A DNA stretch of 64,000 nt from Lepidodermella squamata (taxonomy: Eukaryota; Animalia; Gastrotricha), in the NCBI GenBank assembly GCA_047495785.1, contig JBLDXI010000017.1, forward strand, positions 2,480,001 to 2,544,000. Direction: 5' to 3'. The position numbers and the translations under genes are program-made. Below the pieces are notes generated by a model, which was given only the letters and a program-made list of their open reading frames with translations, was not told where the DNA came from and searched no databases. Positions 1 through 13,163 of the stretch are shown here, one piece after another. Position 1 is the first letter of the stretch. The number at the start of each line of letters is the position of its first letter.

Positions 1-1789
1 CAATATTTTGGCCATTATGCTGTCGAGTTGTACAAAACCCTGGCTGAAATCGGCATCAAGCTCGTCGTTGTAGCTAATGCGGGCCGCTGCACTTCAACCG
101 GGCAAATGGAGTTCAAACACGCCCGCTGGCTTCAGACGGACATTCGTGATATGAACAAAGTCAATGAAATGCTGAACATGTTGGAAGAGCCTGAAGATTC
201 CGATCTGCTGAAACCAGCTCGCGAGACCAAGTCACCGAATTTACTTCCGCTTGAAGTATTGGACCGTCTTCGCCATGCCGGTTGCGAAATTTTGTGCAGT
301 TTAGATGGCGAAGCTGATCCTTACATGGCTAAACTACGCTGCGAGCGTCGCGCTTTCGCAATTTTGAGCAACGATTCGGATTATCTGCTGTTCGATAATT
401 GCCAGTACATCAACCTGGACGAGCATTTCGATGTCAGCGGCCGTTTAGCTGCATACTTATCAGCAGGCCGAGAAAATGCGACGGGAAAGCTTGATCAATT
501 GATGGTTAAATGCGTCTTCTCAAAAGACGTCTACGCTGCCCTTGATTTGCCGAACGTTGACGCTGCTTGCGATTTATCGTTTGTCCTAGGCAATGACGTG
601 TCAAAACAATACCCAGACTTGTATAAACGGCTGAATTTGTTGCGATTCAGCGTTAAGGGAGTGGCTTCTCGTTTGATTAAATACGGTCCGCTGACTCGTA
701 ATCCGATTTTCAGAGGTCTGTTCAACGATAAAGACATCAGGGAAGCTTACCGTTTGACACATGAGCTGTACAAAATGGAGCTGACGATGAATTCGGCCGA
801 GGATGGCCAGGGCGACATGAGCGATGCTGACAAAACGGCTCGAAAAATCTTGAACGAAGCAGTTCAAAACTGCCGGGTAGCTGGGCAGTGTTTGCCGATG
901 AGTCGCGGATTTTACTGGCAAGACGCGAAAGTTGTCGAGGCGAATGATGACCTATCATCACTGTACTCGTCTGAACAGGCGTGCTTACCGATCAGAATGG
1001 CTATCTACAAAATGTTGCTCAGTGATCAGAAGGATGAGATTAAAGAGTATCGCCCACTGCGGACCAGCCAAATCACAGAGTGCATGACCATTTCGATGAG
1101 CCATGCCGTCAGTGAAAATCGCATGTTGGCCGATCTACCGAAATTCCACCAGATCGCCGATTTGCCGCGCCAGGCTCGCCTCAACCTGTTCGATCGTATC
1201 GTCAATAATTGCTATCAGGTGAAATATTCAAGAATTTTAAGGAGGATTTTTCATAATTTTTTTATGTTGTGAAATGTTTGAATTTCGAATTTTATTCTAG
1301 GATCAGACCGACAAAACTCCGGCAGAGCGTATTTACGAGCGCTTTGACAGCTGGCCAATCGCATTCCGAGTCTACGTGTGCCGGCTGATCTGGCTCGCGA
1401 ACCAGGACAACAAAAACGTGCGTTTGACACGTTCTGAAATGGAGTCGATCATCGCTTCAATCTTTACTACCGCCCTACGCCCCGACGCCTCCGACCTCGG
1501 CATTGCTGCGGGATGCCGACCAACCCGCCGCTCCCTCACTGTTGGCACCTTTGTCCAGGTTGCCTATCGTTACGTGTACAACTTCCTCGCAAAAATGCTC
1601 ATTCTGGCTGAAGTTAGCGACGGATTGCCGCTCCCGTCAGCATTCTTCTCCGGCTCCCTGTTCACCGCTATGTTCTGCCGCCAGCAGGATGACAAGAGCG
1701 AAAGCGACGCCATGGCTCAGGTGCGGCGAGTGCGCAACGAGATTCTCGACAAGTATGCTCAAGTCGTCGACGCTGTCTTCGCCCATTGA
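1..1789 (+). CDS. ASTE1/FAM120-like PIN (XPG/FEN1-fold) domain protein, paralog A; 5' end lies outside the window; intron 1219-1300
   Basis: Motifs GEADPY and ILSNDSDYL. The GT..AG intron joins ORF 28-1272 in frame to ORF 1376-1789. Colinear similarity to 28269-30149 (RSLT-G/A..Q.YRY, FFSGS.FTA). Confidence 0.75.
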
Positions 1790-2252
1790 ATTTGCTCAAC
1801 CAATCCAGCTCTTTTCGCGATGATTCAGAAAAATATTCACAACGAGTACCTATTATAGTGGCTCTCTGTTCTGTTTTTGTTTATAATTTTCAAGAGAAGT
1901 GGCGATGGCTGATTATATGATATAATAATTATTTTCCGAGCTGTAAGCATGACTGTCCGGAATCACCTGTAATTATCAGATGAATTTATGAAATAAAATG
2001 CACTATTTACCTAAAAATCAGTTGTCCCAATAAAAAACAACAAAAAATCTTTGGAAAAACCTGTGATGGCGCATTGAGTCATTTTTTTTATCAAGTTTTG
2101 ATGCTTACCAACCAACCAACCAAGATTGTTGAATCTAGCTTTAAGTAACAGCCAGAAATGCGATTGTAACAACCTCTTGACCCCTACCCAATACAGAGCT
2201 GGGATTTCGAACCTTTATTTTATTTGATAAGCTAAATGTTAATTGACAAGAG

Positions 2253-3181
2253 TCATTTTTTATTTCCAGGATTAGCCGGTTTTCCCCTACCAACGCCTGC
2301 TCGGTTTGCAGCTGCCCTCGCCGTTTGAAAGGCTATTTGACTGATGCTATCGACCAAAGAGTGAATACTCGGCGCTGGTACGTCATCTGACACACTACTA
2401 GCAAGCGAGTCACTGCTAGCTGATGAGGTGGGAGTAGAAGCTTGCCGCTGTCCTTCCATACCATTTATCATCGCCAGAGACAGAGTCATGAAAAATTTGT
2501 CCCAGACAGCGGCAGATTGCTTTCGAGCAATCGATGCCATTTCCTCCTCACTTGAACTCTGCTCTTCGACAAGACCCGAAGTTGAACTCACCGAACCAGA
2601 TTTCCTGTGACATCCTTGATAGATGACAACCCATTTTGCGTCAGGAATCGTATCGTTGACGTCGTAGATGGCGCGGCGAAAGCAACTCATCAATGCCAAG
2701 ATGTGATTAGGCTTCGCACCGTTCGTGGCGTGCCTTGCCGAGAGAGGGGTGATGAACTCGAGAAAGGCCGTTTGATCGTCGATTCTATTGACGCATTTTT
2801 CTATGGCCGATAAAACTCGACGAGAGTGATTTTTCGTTTCCCAACTATAACGGACCTTAATTAGGTATGCTCGCAATAAAACCAAAATTAGACTCTGTAT
2901 GAATGTCTTACTTCCTCCTTAGTTTTCGGCATCACCTTTTGCTCGACAAAGACTTGAAAAGCATCCTTATGTGCGTCGAATAAACTTAGGGAAATGACGA
3001 ATGCAGCAAGTTTTTTTAATGTTTCTGTTCAAACATACCTGGTGAATGCCAAAACCCCAACAAGTTCCAACTCGGGGATCAAGAGCTCGAAACTTCGTCG
3101 CAGTAGGCCGCATTCCTGCGGGGAGTAGCTATCGAAAAACCAACCATGCTCGCGACGTTCTTTCGGTCTCTGTGCCGCCAT
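2253..3181 (-). CDS. Globin g1 (exons 3181-3039, 2984-2912, 2855-2253)
   Basis: Spliced translation MAAQ..GWFFDSYSPQE..LAFTS|LFDAHKDAFQVF..KEE|VRYSWETKNHSRRVL..SARH..AVWDKFF. CD1 Phe, E7 His and F8 His present; B12.2 intron. Confidence 0.85.
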
Positions 3182-3590
3182 TGTTGTCGGGATGATGAAA
3201 GCTCAATATCTTTGGAGATTTTTGAAAACCACAGAGCTGATGTACCAGCTTATATTTTTATTGATGTGCGACTCTATATTACCAATTATTTTCGCTGCGT
3301 TGTATTTGCTAGTTATTTTAATAAAGAATTGTCAGTGTTTTATGATAATATTCTTTTAGCTAGTGAATATTTGCGCATTGAAGCACGGAAATCATCAAAT
3401 CCGCCGGTCAGTCAGCCGGAAGACTTAGTTTGACAATAAAGAAATGATTCCTGCACTCAAGTAAATCGAAATATCTTCCTACTTCAAAAGAAACCATACA
3501 GCGTTTTTGTCAGAAAATAGGTGAACAACTGGGAAATAATCCTCGGTAAAACGAAACAAAATTCTGGCCGGACGGTCACGCCTTATGCTT

Positions 3591-4335
3591 TCATTTTTCG
3601 ATTGAGTTCCGGGGTGCCTCATCTTGTGGTAAAGCTTGATCGCAACTGCTTTCTTGTGAAACATTGTCCCTGGGGAAGTTTTTCGCCGCCTTTCCTCCGT
3701 TAAAGTTAATCATCAATAAAGACAGCGATGAGAAAAATTTGTCCCAGACGGCAAAGCATTTAGGCAGCAAATTCGTTTCGTCTGTCAGTTTTTTCGCATT
3801 GAGGCTTGCGAATTCTTCATATAGCGCCTGCCTCAGGCAGCTAACCAGAACTAGCACGTCACATGGATATTCGATGAATGGTTCGTGCCGAAGAGTTAGC
3901 CCTGCGACGTATTCCAAGAGGGCTGCTCTGTCGTCCAGCCGGTTGATGCACTTTTGCAAGCCACTCCAAACTTTCAGGCCGTGCTGCCTAGTCTCCCACG
4001 AATAAAGTACCTAGATCATTTTGTCCGGTTTATTAAATGAGGAATAATTGAGAATGTTATACTTCATCACGAGTCTTCGGCAGAACAGCGTTGGAAATGA
4101 AGACAGAAAAGGCATGGCTATGAGAGTCGAACAACCTGTTGGTTAGGAAAGTGAGAGCGGATCCACTTTCATTAAATTAAGGAGGATGATTATCGATATA
4201 CCGAGTAAAAGCCGCAACGCCAACGTCGGACAGGTTGTTCATGACCTCCTGAAAGCTCTGCCGAATAATGCCGATTTCTGCGCTAGAAAACTCAGCAAGG
4301 TACCAATGTTCATCGGCAGGCACTAGCGAGGTCAT
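3591..4335 (-). CDS. Globin g2 (exons 4335-4202, 4135-4063, 4010-3591)
   Basis: MTSLVPADEHWYLAEFS..AAFTR|LFDSHSHAFSVF..RDE|VLYSWETRQHG..LTLRH..AVWDKFF. Same two intron positions as g1. Confidence 0.85.
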
Positions 4336-4975
4336 TTGTTGGATGTAGATTGGTCCGTGACGAGATGGCGAGTTAAGTAGCTTTTTTGAATTTATCGAGT
4401 CGCCCCAAATGTTTTACTTTGCAATTGACGCCCTTCAAGTGATATCTAAATCGCGATAGCCGAAGCCTTACACCTATGCTACGTTTATTTGGAAAATGAG
4501 AAGCCTAGATTTCTACCCACATAGTTTTTTCTAAGAGGTGTTTCATAAGTGTCCCTGCTTCTGTCAATGATCAAGTGCTAATTATAAATTACAGTCGATT
4601 TGTCCTGGATGCAATAGGAACAATATCGAGAGACGACGCCCGTTTCGAGCTTAGCTAGGTACCCATTATACCCATGAATAAAAAAATAAAACGATGTCTA
4701 TAATAAGGATATTTTTATTACAAAATAAAAACGCTGATAATGAAAAACGAATGAAACATAGGCACATCAGTAGGGTTTCACCTGGTATTAACTGCTAATA
4801 GCTAACATCGGTTATACTTGAAAAAAAGAAAAAAAACCTGGTCTAATCACTGGAACAACATTCGTAAGTATCTACAGCCTAACTAATAAAGTTTTCACAG
4901 CGCTAGAAATTTTACGAGTCATCACATTGACTATCAGACTCTTATTAGCTTGATAAGCAGCTGGGCTGCAAATCT

Positions 4976-7497
4976 TTAGGCGGTTGTATCTTTGAACCCG
5001 CGAACAGTGTCTTGAATCCAGCGGCCGACGAAGCAAGGCCGTGAATAGACGACATAGGTGCCCTCGTAGGTGCAGCCTCGCTGCGTATAAGACGCGATTC
5101 CATGTAGGAAATAGTTGTCCTCTCTCGCCATTTTACACATCAGAGGACCACCAGCGTCCACCTGGCACGCAGGCCGGCCACCGTTGTTCAAACCCCGAGC
5201 GCAGAGCTTACGATCAGTGTATTCGACATCTCCTAACCCAGCCTTACATGTCTGTTCGCTGGTCACATTGACTGAGACAACTTCGAGGGGGTTACGAGCG
5301 GGGTCATTGCGACGATTGCCGATCGTACGCCAGCCGATTGTCAAACAATCGGTCGGCTTGTCGTCTTCTGGTTTATCGTCGCAATCGACTAGCAGGCAAA
5401 TCGGTCGAACAGAGTCCGAGAATCTCACGCGCTCTGGGAAATATTGGTTCAAATTTTGGATGAAAGCTGAATACTGATTATCTCTCACCTCCAAGCCTAA
5501 GAAGGGCGAAGTCGTAGTCGAAATTAGTGCCGTCATAATCAGGATGGATGAAGGAAGTGTTAACAGTTACACTTCGCTCATTTCCCGTAGGTTTCGTTAG
5601 ATCGTATTCGCCAAAATGGGCCGTAATCGTAGTCAATCTAAAGATGAGAGAAAGCTTCAAATTTTACGGCGAAATGAACCGCTCACTTTTCTTGTTCGGC
5701 GGTTTTGATGCACCGAGCAGACGTGAGGATCCAATAGTCCTCGATAAGGGTAGCGCTACATGTGAAGGGCTGGATGCTTTCAAAGCTGCTCAGTTGAAGC
5801 CTGACTTGCCATGGATACTCTAGGATAAGAGCGGGCCTTGGCTGGGGAACGCGGCCAGCCGCCATCATGTTGTACTTGTTCTGACCACACTGCGAATTCT
5901 CAGCATCAGAGCTCAGCAACAAACGCGGAACCTTTTTCGGCAGTCTGATAATTGAATATTGACATTATAGCACACAATGATCAAGCTGAAGGAGCTTACG
6001 CTGCTGAAATCGGAGAGGGCAAATCCGAACCATCCGAACCGTCGGGGTTCGTGATGTAGTTATTGCCATTTGCAGCGGGGCGGCTGTTGGCGCCATTGGC
6101 GTTGACGGTGTCAATTATTACCGGTCTGACGGTTGTCCTTCGGGTCGTCCGCGGGCTGGCTCTCGTCTGCGAGTCACTCGGATTTGTAGGCCTTGCAGTA
6201 GTAGTCTCGCTTTGTTGAGTTTGCTGCGTTGTTCGAGTTTCAGCTGGTTTCACAGAGGTCGAAGGAACGCCCTGTCCATTTGTACCAGTCTGTCTCTGAG
6301 TCGTAACTGCCGAGCCACTGGATCTTGTGCTAGATGGAGAAGAATTCGAGGATGGAGCGGACGTAATTTCTCCATTTGGTCTCGGCGGCCCAGGTAGGGT
6401 GGGGTTCGAACCAGCACCTGGTCTCTGTCCGAATCCAGCTTTTTCGTCTCCAGGTAGCTCCACCAAACCCGATGTAATACCCGTAACGTTTCGAATCCAA
6501 GGCATGACATGACAAGGCCTCGAATAGATATGGTAGTAACCAGCTGGTTTGAAACACCCGTAACCGAACGAGTTCATGCCGTGTAAGTAGTACGTATTAT
6601 CAGCAGCGCTGAAACAAGATAGCGGGCCACCCAAATCACCCTTGAAATACGATAGTAATGAAAGAAAATTAAGGGAGACTTGGGAAATTTTACTCTGCAA
6701 TCGTCAACCATGCCTTGAGGATAGCCAGCGCAAGTGCGGTCATCACCGATAACGATGTCACCAGAATCTCGTTTTGAGTCCAGTGAAGTGATACAAGTTT
6801 TCAGATCAACTAGAGGCACGTTGCTTTTACGCAGCTGGTCCCAGATACCAACTGAGCTGTTGAACAAGAGACGATCCGAACCCCAACCAGCAATGGCGCA
6901 AATCGAATTTGGTGGATTCTCATCGAGGCATTCGTCGATCATGCAAATCGGTTGGATATTAGGACCGAATTGGAGGGGCTCTAAAAATACAAAAATAATT
7001 GATTAAGACAGGGACAAAAAGCTGAAAATACCGTAAACGTGAAGTAGGGCAAAGTCGTAGATTGAGGTGATTTCCTCGTACAAAGGATGGATGACGTATT
7101 TGTCGATAACAAGCATTTTTTCGCCAGGATCATTCGAAGACAGCTTAACATCACCAGCATATGCGGTTATGTCGCCGCTGAACACTGGCTCCGAGCTTCG
7201 AAGATTATGGAAAATATTGAGGTTAAAATTGGAATTTTAAATAGTATAATACTTTGAAGTGAACAGGCATGTCGCCGATGAAATTAGCCACTGCTCATTG
7301 ATAATGGAAGCAGTGCAAGATATTTGCTCCGGCGCGACTGATATTCTAACGATCCATGGGAACTCGCCCGAGCTGGCCGGGTAGCTCCCGTCACCTGGCG
7401 GAATCGTTACTGAACTTCTACCGCAAGATTGCAGCTGCGAACCAGTCGCTGAAATTAGCAGGAAGAATCCTACTAATTGGAGGGTGTCTTCCCGCAT
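4976..7497 (-). CDS. Secreted tandem two-domain S1 serine-protease homolog (non-catalytic) with a Ser/Thr-rich linker; multi-exon
   Basis: Signal-like N-terminus. Domain 1: EFPWIV, SSATC, YDFALL, GDLGGP. Domain 2: EYPWQV, TSARC, DYDFALL, VDAGGP. Short GT-AG introns join the ORF pieces in frame (e.g. 5945-5998). Confidence 0.8.
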
Positions 7498-8672
7498 GAC
7501 CTCGTAAAAATCTTGACTAAAATCTAGAGTGATAAATGTTGCAAATAGCGGGCCGATTGATAGCACGTCAAATTTCTGCTCGGTGCAAAATTATTCATAG
7601 CAGCTCTCATACCCATACTCCCGTCAAAGCGTTTGTCTTGTTTTTTTTCGGCGCAAGGGCGACAAACAGCGTGCGGTGAAAAATCGCTATTGGCTACATC
7701 GGCCCGTGCACCTGATAAAGGTGAAATATAGCAATTTCCGCCCGAGCCATTTGTTTCTGAATAGCCGAGATTTTCCGCGCCATTAAGCACGGTCGACAAA
7801 AAAATATAATGAATAAGTCAGCAATTAAAATCACTGCGCGTCAATATAAAGTCGAAGAACAAGTTTTTATTGCGTTGCGGCGATGAGAGGCTTGTGAGAC
7901 AATAAAAAAATGCAACCACGCAAAAACGACGGCTCACCTGACCGTTTTCAACCTTCGAGTGTGACGCGCTCTTCAGGGGCGTTTGTTATTATAATCTTTT
8001 CATAGCCGAAAAAACACAGTCCTCGCAATGAGGCAATAAAAATAACTGACGCACAACGATGTTGATGAAAATATGTGGCTTGTCAACTGCATAAATTCTT
8101 GATAATTAATAGGCTGATGGAGGGAGTGTAAACGACTTTTTGCGGGTCACAGGCCACTGCAATCTCGTCTGTGAAAGGAAAATCGGCGGTATTCAGGAGA
8201 TATTTAACAATTAAAAACGTGAAAAAGGACCTTAGCAACACCTGCGACGAGTTTCTCCCGAAAGTAGAACACAAATTATCTCAATATTTCGGGACACTGG
8301 TATTATTTGCAATTTAATTTCGATTTAATTTCATTTAATAGCTCGAGGTCTCGAGACGTCTCGAGAGCTCCACACGTAAATCAATATTTTCAGGCCATTT
8401 TTAGAATTTCCAGAACTCGTTCAAGATTTACCTCTGAAGAACGAGCGAGGACGGCGTGGGCGAAACCTGAAAACTGTGTTTTTGTCTTTTGCTATGGTGA
8501 ACAAGAGAGCCGTTCATGTTGCGTTACGTGCACGTTTTTATTTCGCCTACCAAGTTTTTCTCCTACACGCATCCCGGTGTTAACTAAATGATGAATAAGC
8601 AGTGGAATATAAAAGTTGCTTCGGGTTTCGCTTCAGTCACTTCAAATTATTAAACATTTTAACCGCGAAAAA

Positions 8673-9035
8673 ATGAACAGTATTATTGTGGTTTTCTCTG
8701 CTTTGCTTTGGGTTGTTAACTGTCTCGAAATCCCGCAATCTTTTGGATCAGTTCTGCAACAGCTTCCAGCAAATATATCGAACGTAATATCAATGCCAAA
8801 CCTAAATGAGCTGCCCATATCTCCATCCCTTATGTCATCTATTCCGCCTGATGTTGTCGAGAGGCTATCCAACGCAGCTTCAACAGAGAGAGTGAACAAT
8901 GGCTACAGCAGCAGACCAGTACAGACCACCCAACGCCCGGTAGCAACGAACAAACAGCCTAGGAATTCAGCAATCAGTCACCTTGGCAGTGGGTTACTAC
9001 TCACACTGTCACTTGTACTCAAACTTGTATGCTAA
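8673..9035 (+). CDS. Small (120 aa) secreted, probably GPI-anchored, S/T/P-rich protein
   Basis: Hydrophobic signal MNSIIVVFSALLWVVNC; C-terminal small residues NSA followed by the hydrophobic tail GLLLTLSLVLKLVC. Confidence 0.6.
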   Translation: MNSIIVVFSALLWVVNCLEIPQSFGSVLQQLPANISNVISMPNLNELPISPSLMSSIPPDVVERLSNAASTERVNNGYSSRPVQTTQRPVATNKQPRNSAISHLGSGLLLTLSLVLKLVC

Positions 9036-9283
9036 AGTTGCGTTAAAAAATGTAAATAATCAAAGCTTTTACTTCAATCGTTCATAAAATGGTGGCAAAT
9101 TCCAGATGAATGATATAGTCACCACTCAATTCGTTCAATGCATTTGAAAACGGAAAGTTACAATAAACTGTCTGAGATAAAGCTGTTATGGAATAATTAT
9201 AGCAAATAATTTCACCGATTTTTCTGCGATTGGAAAACCTTGGATATAGAGCGCTGTCACATTTGATTCTCACAAGTAATATT

Positions 9284-11087
9284 TTACAAGGTTATGTCAT
9301 ACGAAATAGTCACAAAAAAGGTAATGAGTAGGATAAATATATGAAAATTATGACGGCTTACGCCTTGATTAGTTTTCAGCGTTGTTACGCTTGGTTTGGG
9401 TGCGGCAGTGGTGGGGCTAATAATTGGGCCATTTGCTAAAGCCAAGGTTGTGTTATCGTCTTCTTCATCATACTGCAGTCCGTGAGGGATGACTCCTGGT
9501 GTTTTTCTGGTGTTTGATGGACTTGGTGTTTTCCTGACATAAGTTACGGCAGCTGAGACTTGCGCTGTGGTTGGCACAGCTCTGGTGGTGACATGAGACT
9601 TTGTTGTCAAGCCGGGTTTGACAGTTGTAATAGGCTCGGGGGCTTTAACGCCTTCCATTGTATCGTTGATCCAGCTCATAACTGCGCAAGGCCGCGAGTA
9701 AATGTGGTAATAACCAGAAGGCCGAGCGCATCTGAAAGAAATTTTTTGAGAGATGAATCGAACAAGGGGAATTTTATGCCGGATATTTGGCTGGGGAGGT
9801 CACTTCCTAACTAATTTAAAATTTTCTCCAGTTTTTTCCAGAGACATCTTTTTCTGTAAATTCATGTCAATCGATTAATTTTCTAGCTTTAGAATTTTCT
9901 CAAAATCACCGATAAATTTTAAATTCAATAATAATTATATTGCTGGAAAAATTCAAAACCTTAGCTTCCGCTAAATGAAAATATCAAGGAAGACATCTTT
10001 TAGCCATGACGCGAGTGGGATGCAAATTAAGAGTACTTTTCAATTCCAATCTGGGGCTTGAAATTTTTTTTTGAATTTCCTCAATAATTAGTAACCGAAG
10101 TTCCTTAAAATGGAAAATAATCCAGGCCAGTATAATTATTGCCGGCTTACCCGAAGCCGAAAGAATCAATGCCATGAAGGAAATATCTGAAGTTGCCAGC
10201 AATCCTGCAGATGAACGGAGCACCAGGGTCACCTTGGCAATCGTCAAAGCCACCTTAGAAATTTAGAAAGGAATTTTCGTTTATTATTTGTTAGACTCTC
10301 AGAAATACTCACCATCCTGAAAACCGGCACATACCATGTTCTCTGTTATCGGATACTGCCGGGTGTCGTTTTTCTCAGCTAGCCGATCGGCACAAAGCGA
10401 TTGGTCGAAAATCGGCATGATAGTTTTCATTAGTCGGCTATCGGACGGTCTTTTCGCTAATTTAGTACGCATAGAGCCCCATCCGACCGAATAACACAGC
10501 GATCCTTTGGCTTCCAGCGAACAGTCAGGCAGCAAACAAGCGGGCACGACATTTGTATCGTTATACATTTTAAGCGAAGCGTTCAGCCGGACCAACGCAA
10601 AATCAAAGTCGTAGCTTCCTTTTTTGAAATTTGGGTGTTTGATGATAGAATTCGCGGTCATCAACTGCTGATTAGCAGGCCTGGCAGAGAGTATAACTCC
10701 ACCGGATGCAATAACGGTGACATTTCGCTCGCTCTTGAAACTATATTAGGAAGATGTATTTGTCGTTTTTTTTAATTTTATCGACAAACTAACTTGTCAA
10801 AACAACTTGCACTGGTGATCACCCAATCTGCGCTAACGATCGTGCCGACGCAGTATTCGGAGCTTTGGCTGTCATTTAGACGAACAAGCCAAGGGAAGTC
10901 GGTAGGTAAGGCAGGGTAACTGCCGCTAAGCCTGGGCATCATAACCTGCGATCTGCCGCATTCTTGCTCGCTCGATAAATGAGCAAAAAATGCAACTAAT
11001 AAATTATTAAAATAATTAGAGCGGAAATTGTAAGAAAAAAATCAACTCACCTGTTAAAAGCCCCGAAAGACTCAGGGTGAATCCCAT
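9284..11087 (-). CDS. Membrane-anchored S1 serine-protease homolog (non-catalytic) with a Thr-rich stalk; multi-exon
   Basis: MGFTLSLSGLLT|VAFFAH..ECGRS..DFPWLV..ITSASC, DFDFALV, CQGDPGAP, YSRPC, Thr-rich region and hydrophobic C-terminus FHIFILLITFFVTI. Confidence 0.8.
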
Positions 11088-11913
11088 CTCAATGAAAAAC
11101 TAACAAAATTTCAAGCGAATATAATTATTATATTATTAATTATGTCTCGCTTATAATCATAGCGTGGGAAAAGTGTGTGCTATTAAATTTCATTAAGATG
11201 GCCAGATAAAAAGATAACTCGACAGATAATACAGAGGTTGAAATAAATTGCACGTGAAGCGAATCACACGCGCCTCAGTCAAGCACCTTGACGGAAAAAA
11301 GTTTCTCATGCCTCATCTATATTATGGATGATAGATGATGGGCGCGTTTCGCCTCTTGAAAATGCTTGTGAAAATAGCCCATTGAGTATCACTTTGAGCT
11401 GTCATTACTCGACACATTGTAAAGCACTCTGATACGAATAGCTGTAAACGTTAACAAGTGCGACAGAGAGGCCTTACGAGAAAGCACGCATATGCCAAGC
11501 TATACAGCCTGCTTTCCACGTCGTTGTAAAAACATTTTGTTTATTCTGATGAGGTATATAGTGTATGAGTCGTGGGTTCAAGAGCTGCTCGCTTCAAGGC
11601 TACAACATTTCTATTTTAGCTGCGTATATGCTCCTCCCGAGCTTAGTGTCGACAAAAACAGGAAAAAAGTGTTTTTCACAAACAATTTCTTTATCCCTAT
11701 TGTTAGAGCGGACGTTGTTTAGCGGCTCAGAATCAGTTAAATACCTACTTACTTCCGTTGTTTTAATGGAATAAGGGACATTCTCAAACACAATCACGCT
11801 TTTATTTTTTTTTAGAAAATCTGACAAATTAATTTCACGTTATAGGCAATCAGAGGTGGAAACATTTATTATTAAGACTAAATATGAGATTAATATGTTT
11901 TTGCTTTCATTTT

Positions 11914-13163
11914 TCATCGATTTCCTGGTTGTCGAGGAGGCCGGGTTGAGGTCAAAATCCAGTTAGTTATCGCGCAGGGTCTGGAGTAAATCCGAAAATA
12001 ACCGGCAGGCCCTCCACAGCTATAAAACAGCTTAATTTTAACGTTTGATCTTAAAAAATTAGGCCAGTTTACTCACCCGCCAAAACCATACGAAGAAATG
12101 CCGTGCAAATAAAAGCTAGGCTTGGTTCCTCCACGGCAAATTAAAGGAGCGCCTGAGTCTGTTTGGCATTCGTCCACATTAGGCTGCATGTACCCGGCAC
12201 AATTCATCTGAGGGGTCACTTGGAAATCCTGAAGGTTCGGCTTGTTTTGCAACGCAGCCTGGCAGTAAGAGCGTTCGATCGGATAGATGACTTGTTTTTT
12301 CAACCTTTCACTCAGCAAATCCTCATTGCCACCACCGTAAGATACGCGGTCCGAACCCCAACCAGCTATGAGGCAGGTAATGTTTTGACTTGGCTTCAAT
12401 TCAGAGTCACAGTCTTGCAGTAAACAAATTGGCTTCAAGTTTCGACTCCAAGTTAATTGATCTATTAACTCGCAAATATTTCAATAATAAAATTGAGTAA
12501 TAAATCAAACCGGTAAGATGCAAAAGGGCAAAGTCGTAGTCGTAATCGTTAGGATTGTAAAGAGGATGAGGAATGATTCGATCGACAAACATGAGGCGCT
12601 CATTTTGATCGGCATCGCTGATTGATAGGTCGTTGACGTAGACGTAAATGTCATCGGGATTGATCAAAGAAGAACCACGTCTTTAATACGATATGGGTAT
12701 TCATTAGGTACAGTCGAAGAAATTGTATCAGGTAACTAGCTATAGTCCTAACCAATTTAATCGATTACAAAAGAACGGTTTTTCGATCTTTCGAACTTCA
12801 GAAGAATCTAATGAAGGTTTTAATGACTTACGTGAAAAGACAGTGTGCCGCTGTGATAATCCATTGCCGCCCCAAAATTGAGCCCGTACAGCGAACACTA
12901 AGCCGAACCAGCCACGGAAAATCACCGCTTTGAGCATCGACCGGTGCGGTTCCACTCGGAATAAGAACGTCAGTTGTCCCGCAACTCAGTTCGGCCGGTC
13001 CTTGGCCGGCCGTTTGTCCAACAAAATTGATTAAACCGATGATCAAGGGTAAAAACCGAGCGGCTTCAAATGCAAACACATTAACGACCGGTTTTTTTTT
13101 TAGAAAAATTCGCGTTTTTTTATTACCTTTAACGTGCCTCAGCGCCGTATTACCGATGGCCAT
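11914..13163 (-). CDS. S1 trypsin-fold serine protease with intact His/Asp/Ser triad; multi-exon; start codon uncertain
   Basis: DFPWLV, ITAAHC, DYDFALL, CQTDSGAP, YSRPC..W; stop TGA at 11916-11914. Confidence 0.8.

Noticed and set aside
3479-3664. Alternative-frame ORF overlapping the g2 C-terminus (possible frameshift)
   Set aside because: The g2 frame completes helix H and ends normally; the resemblance to the g6 tail is too weak.
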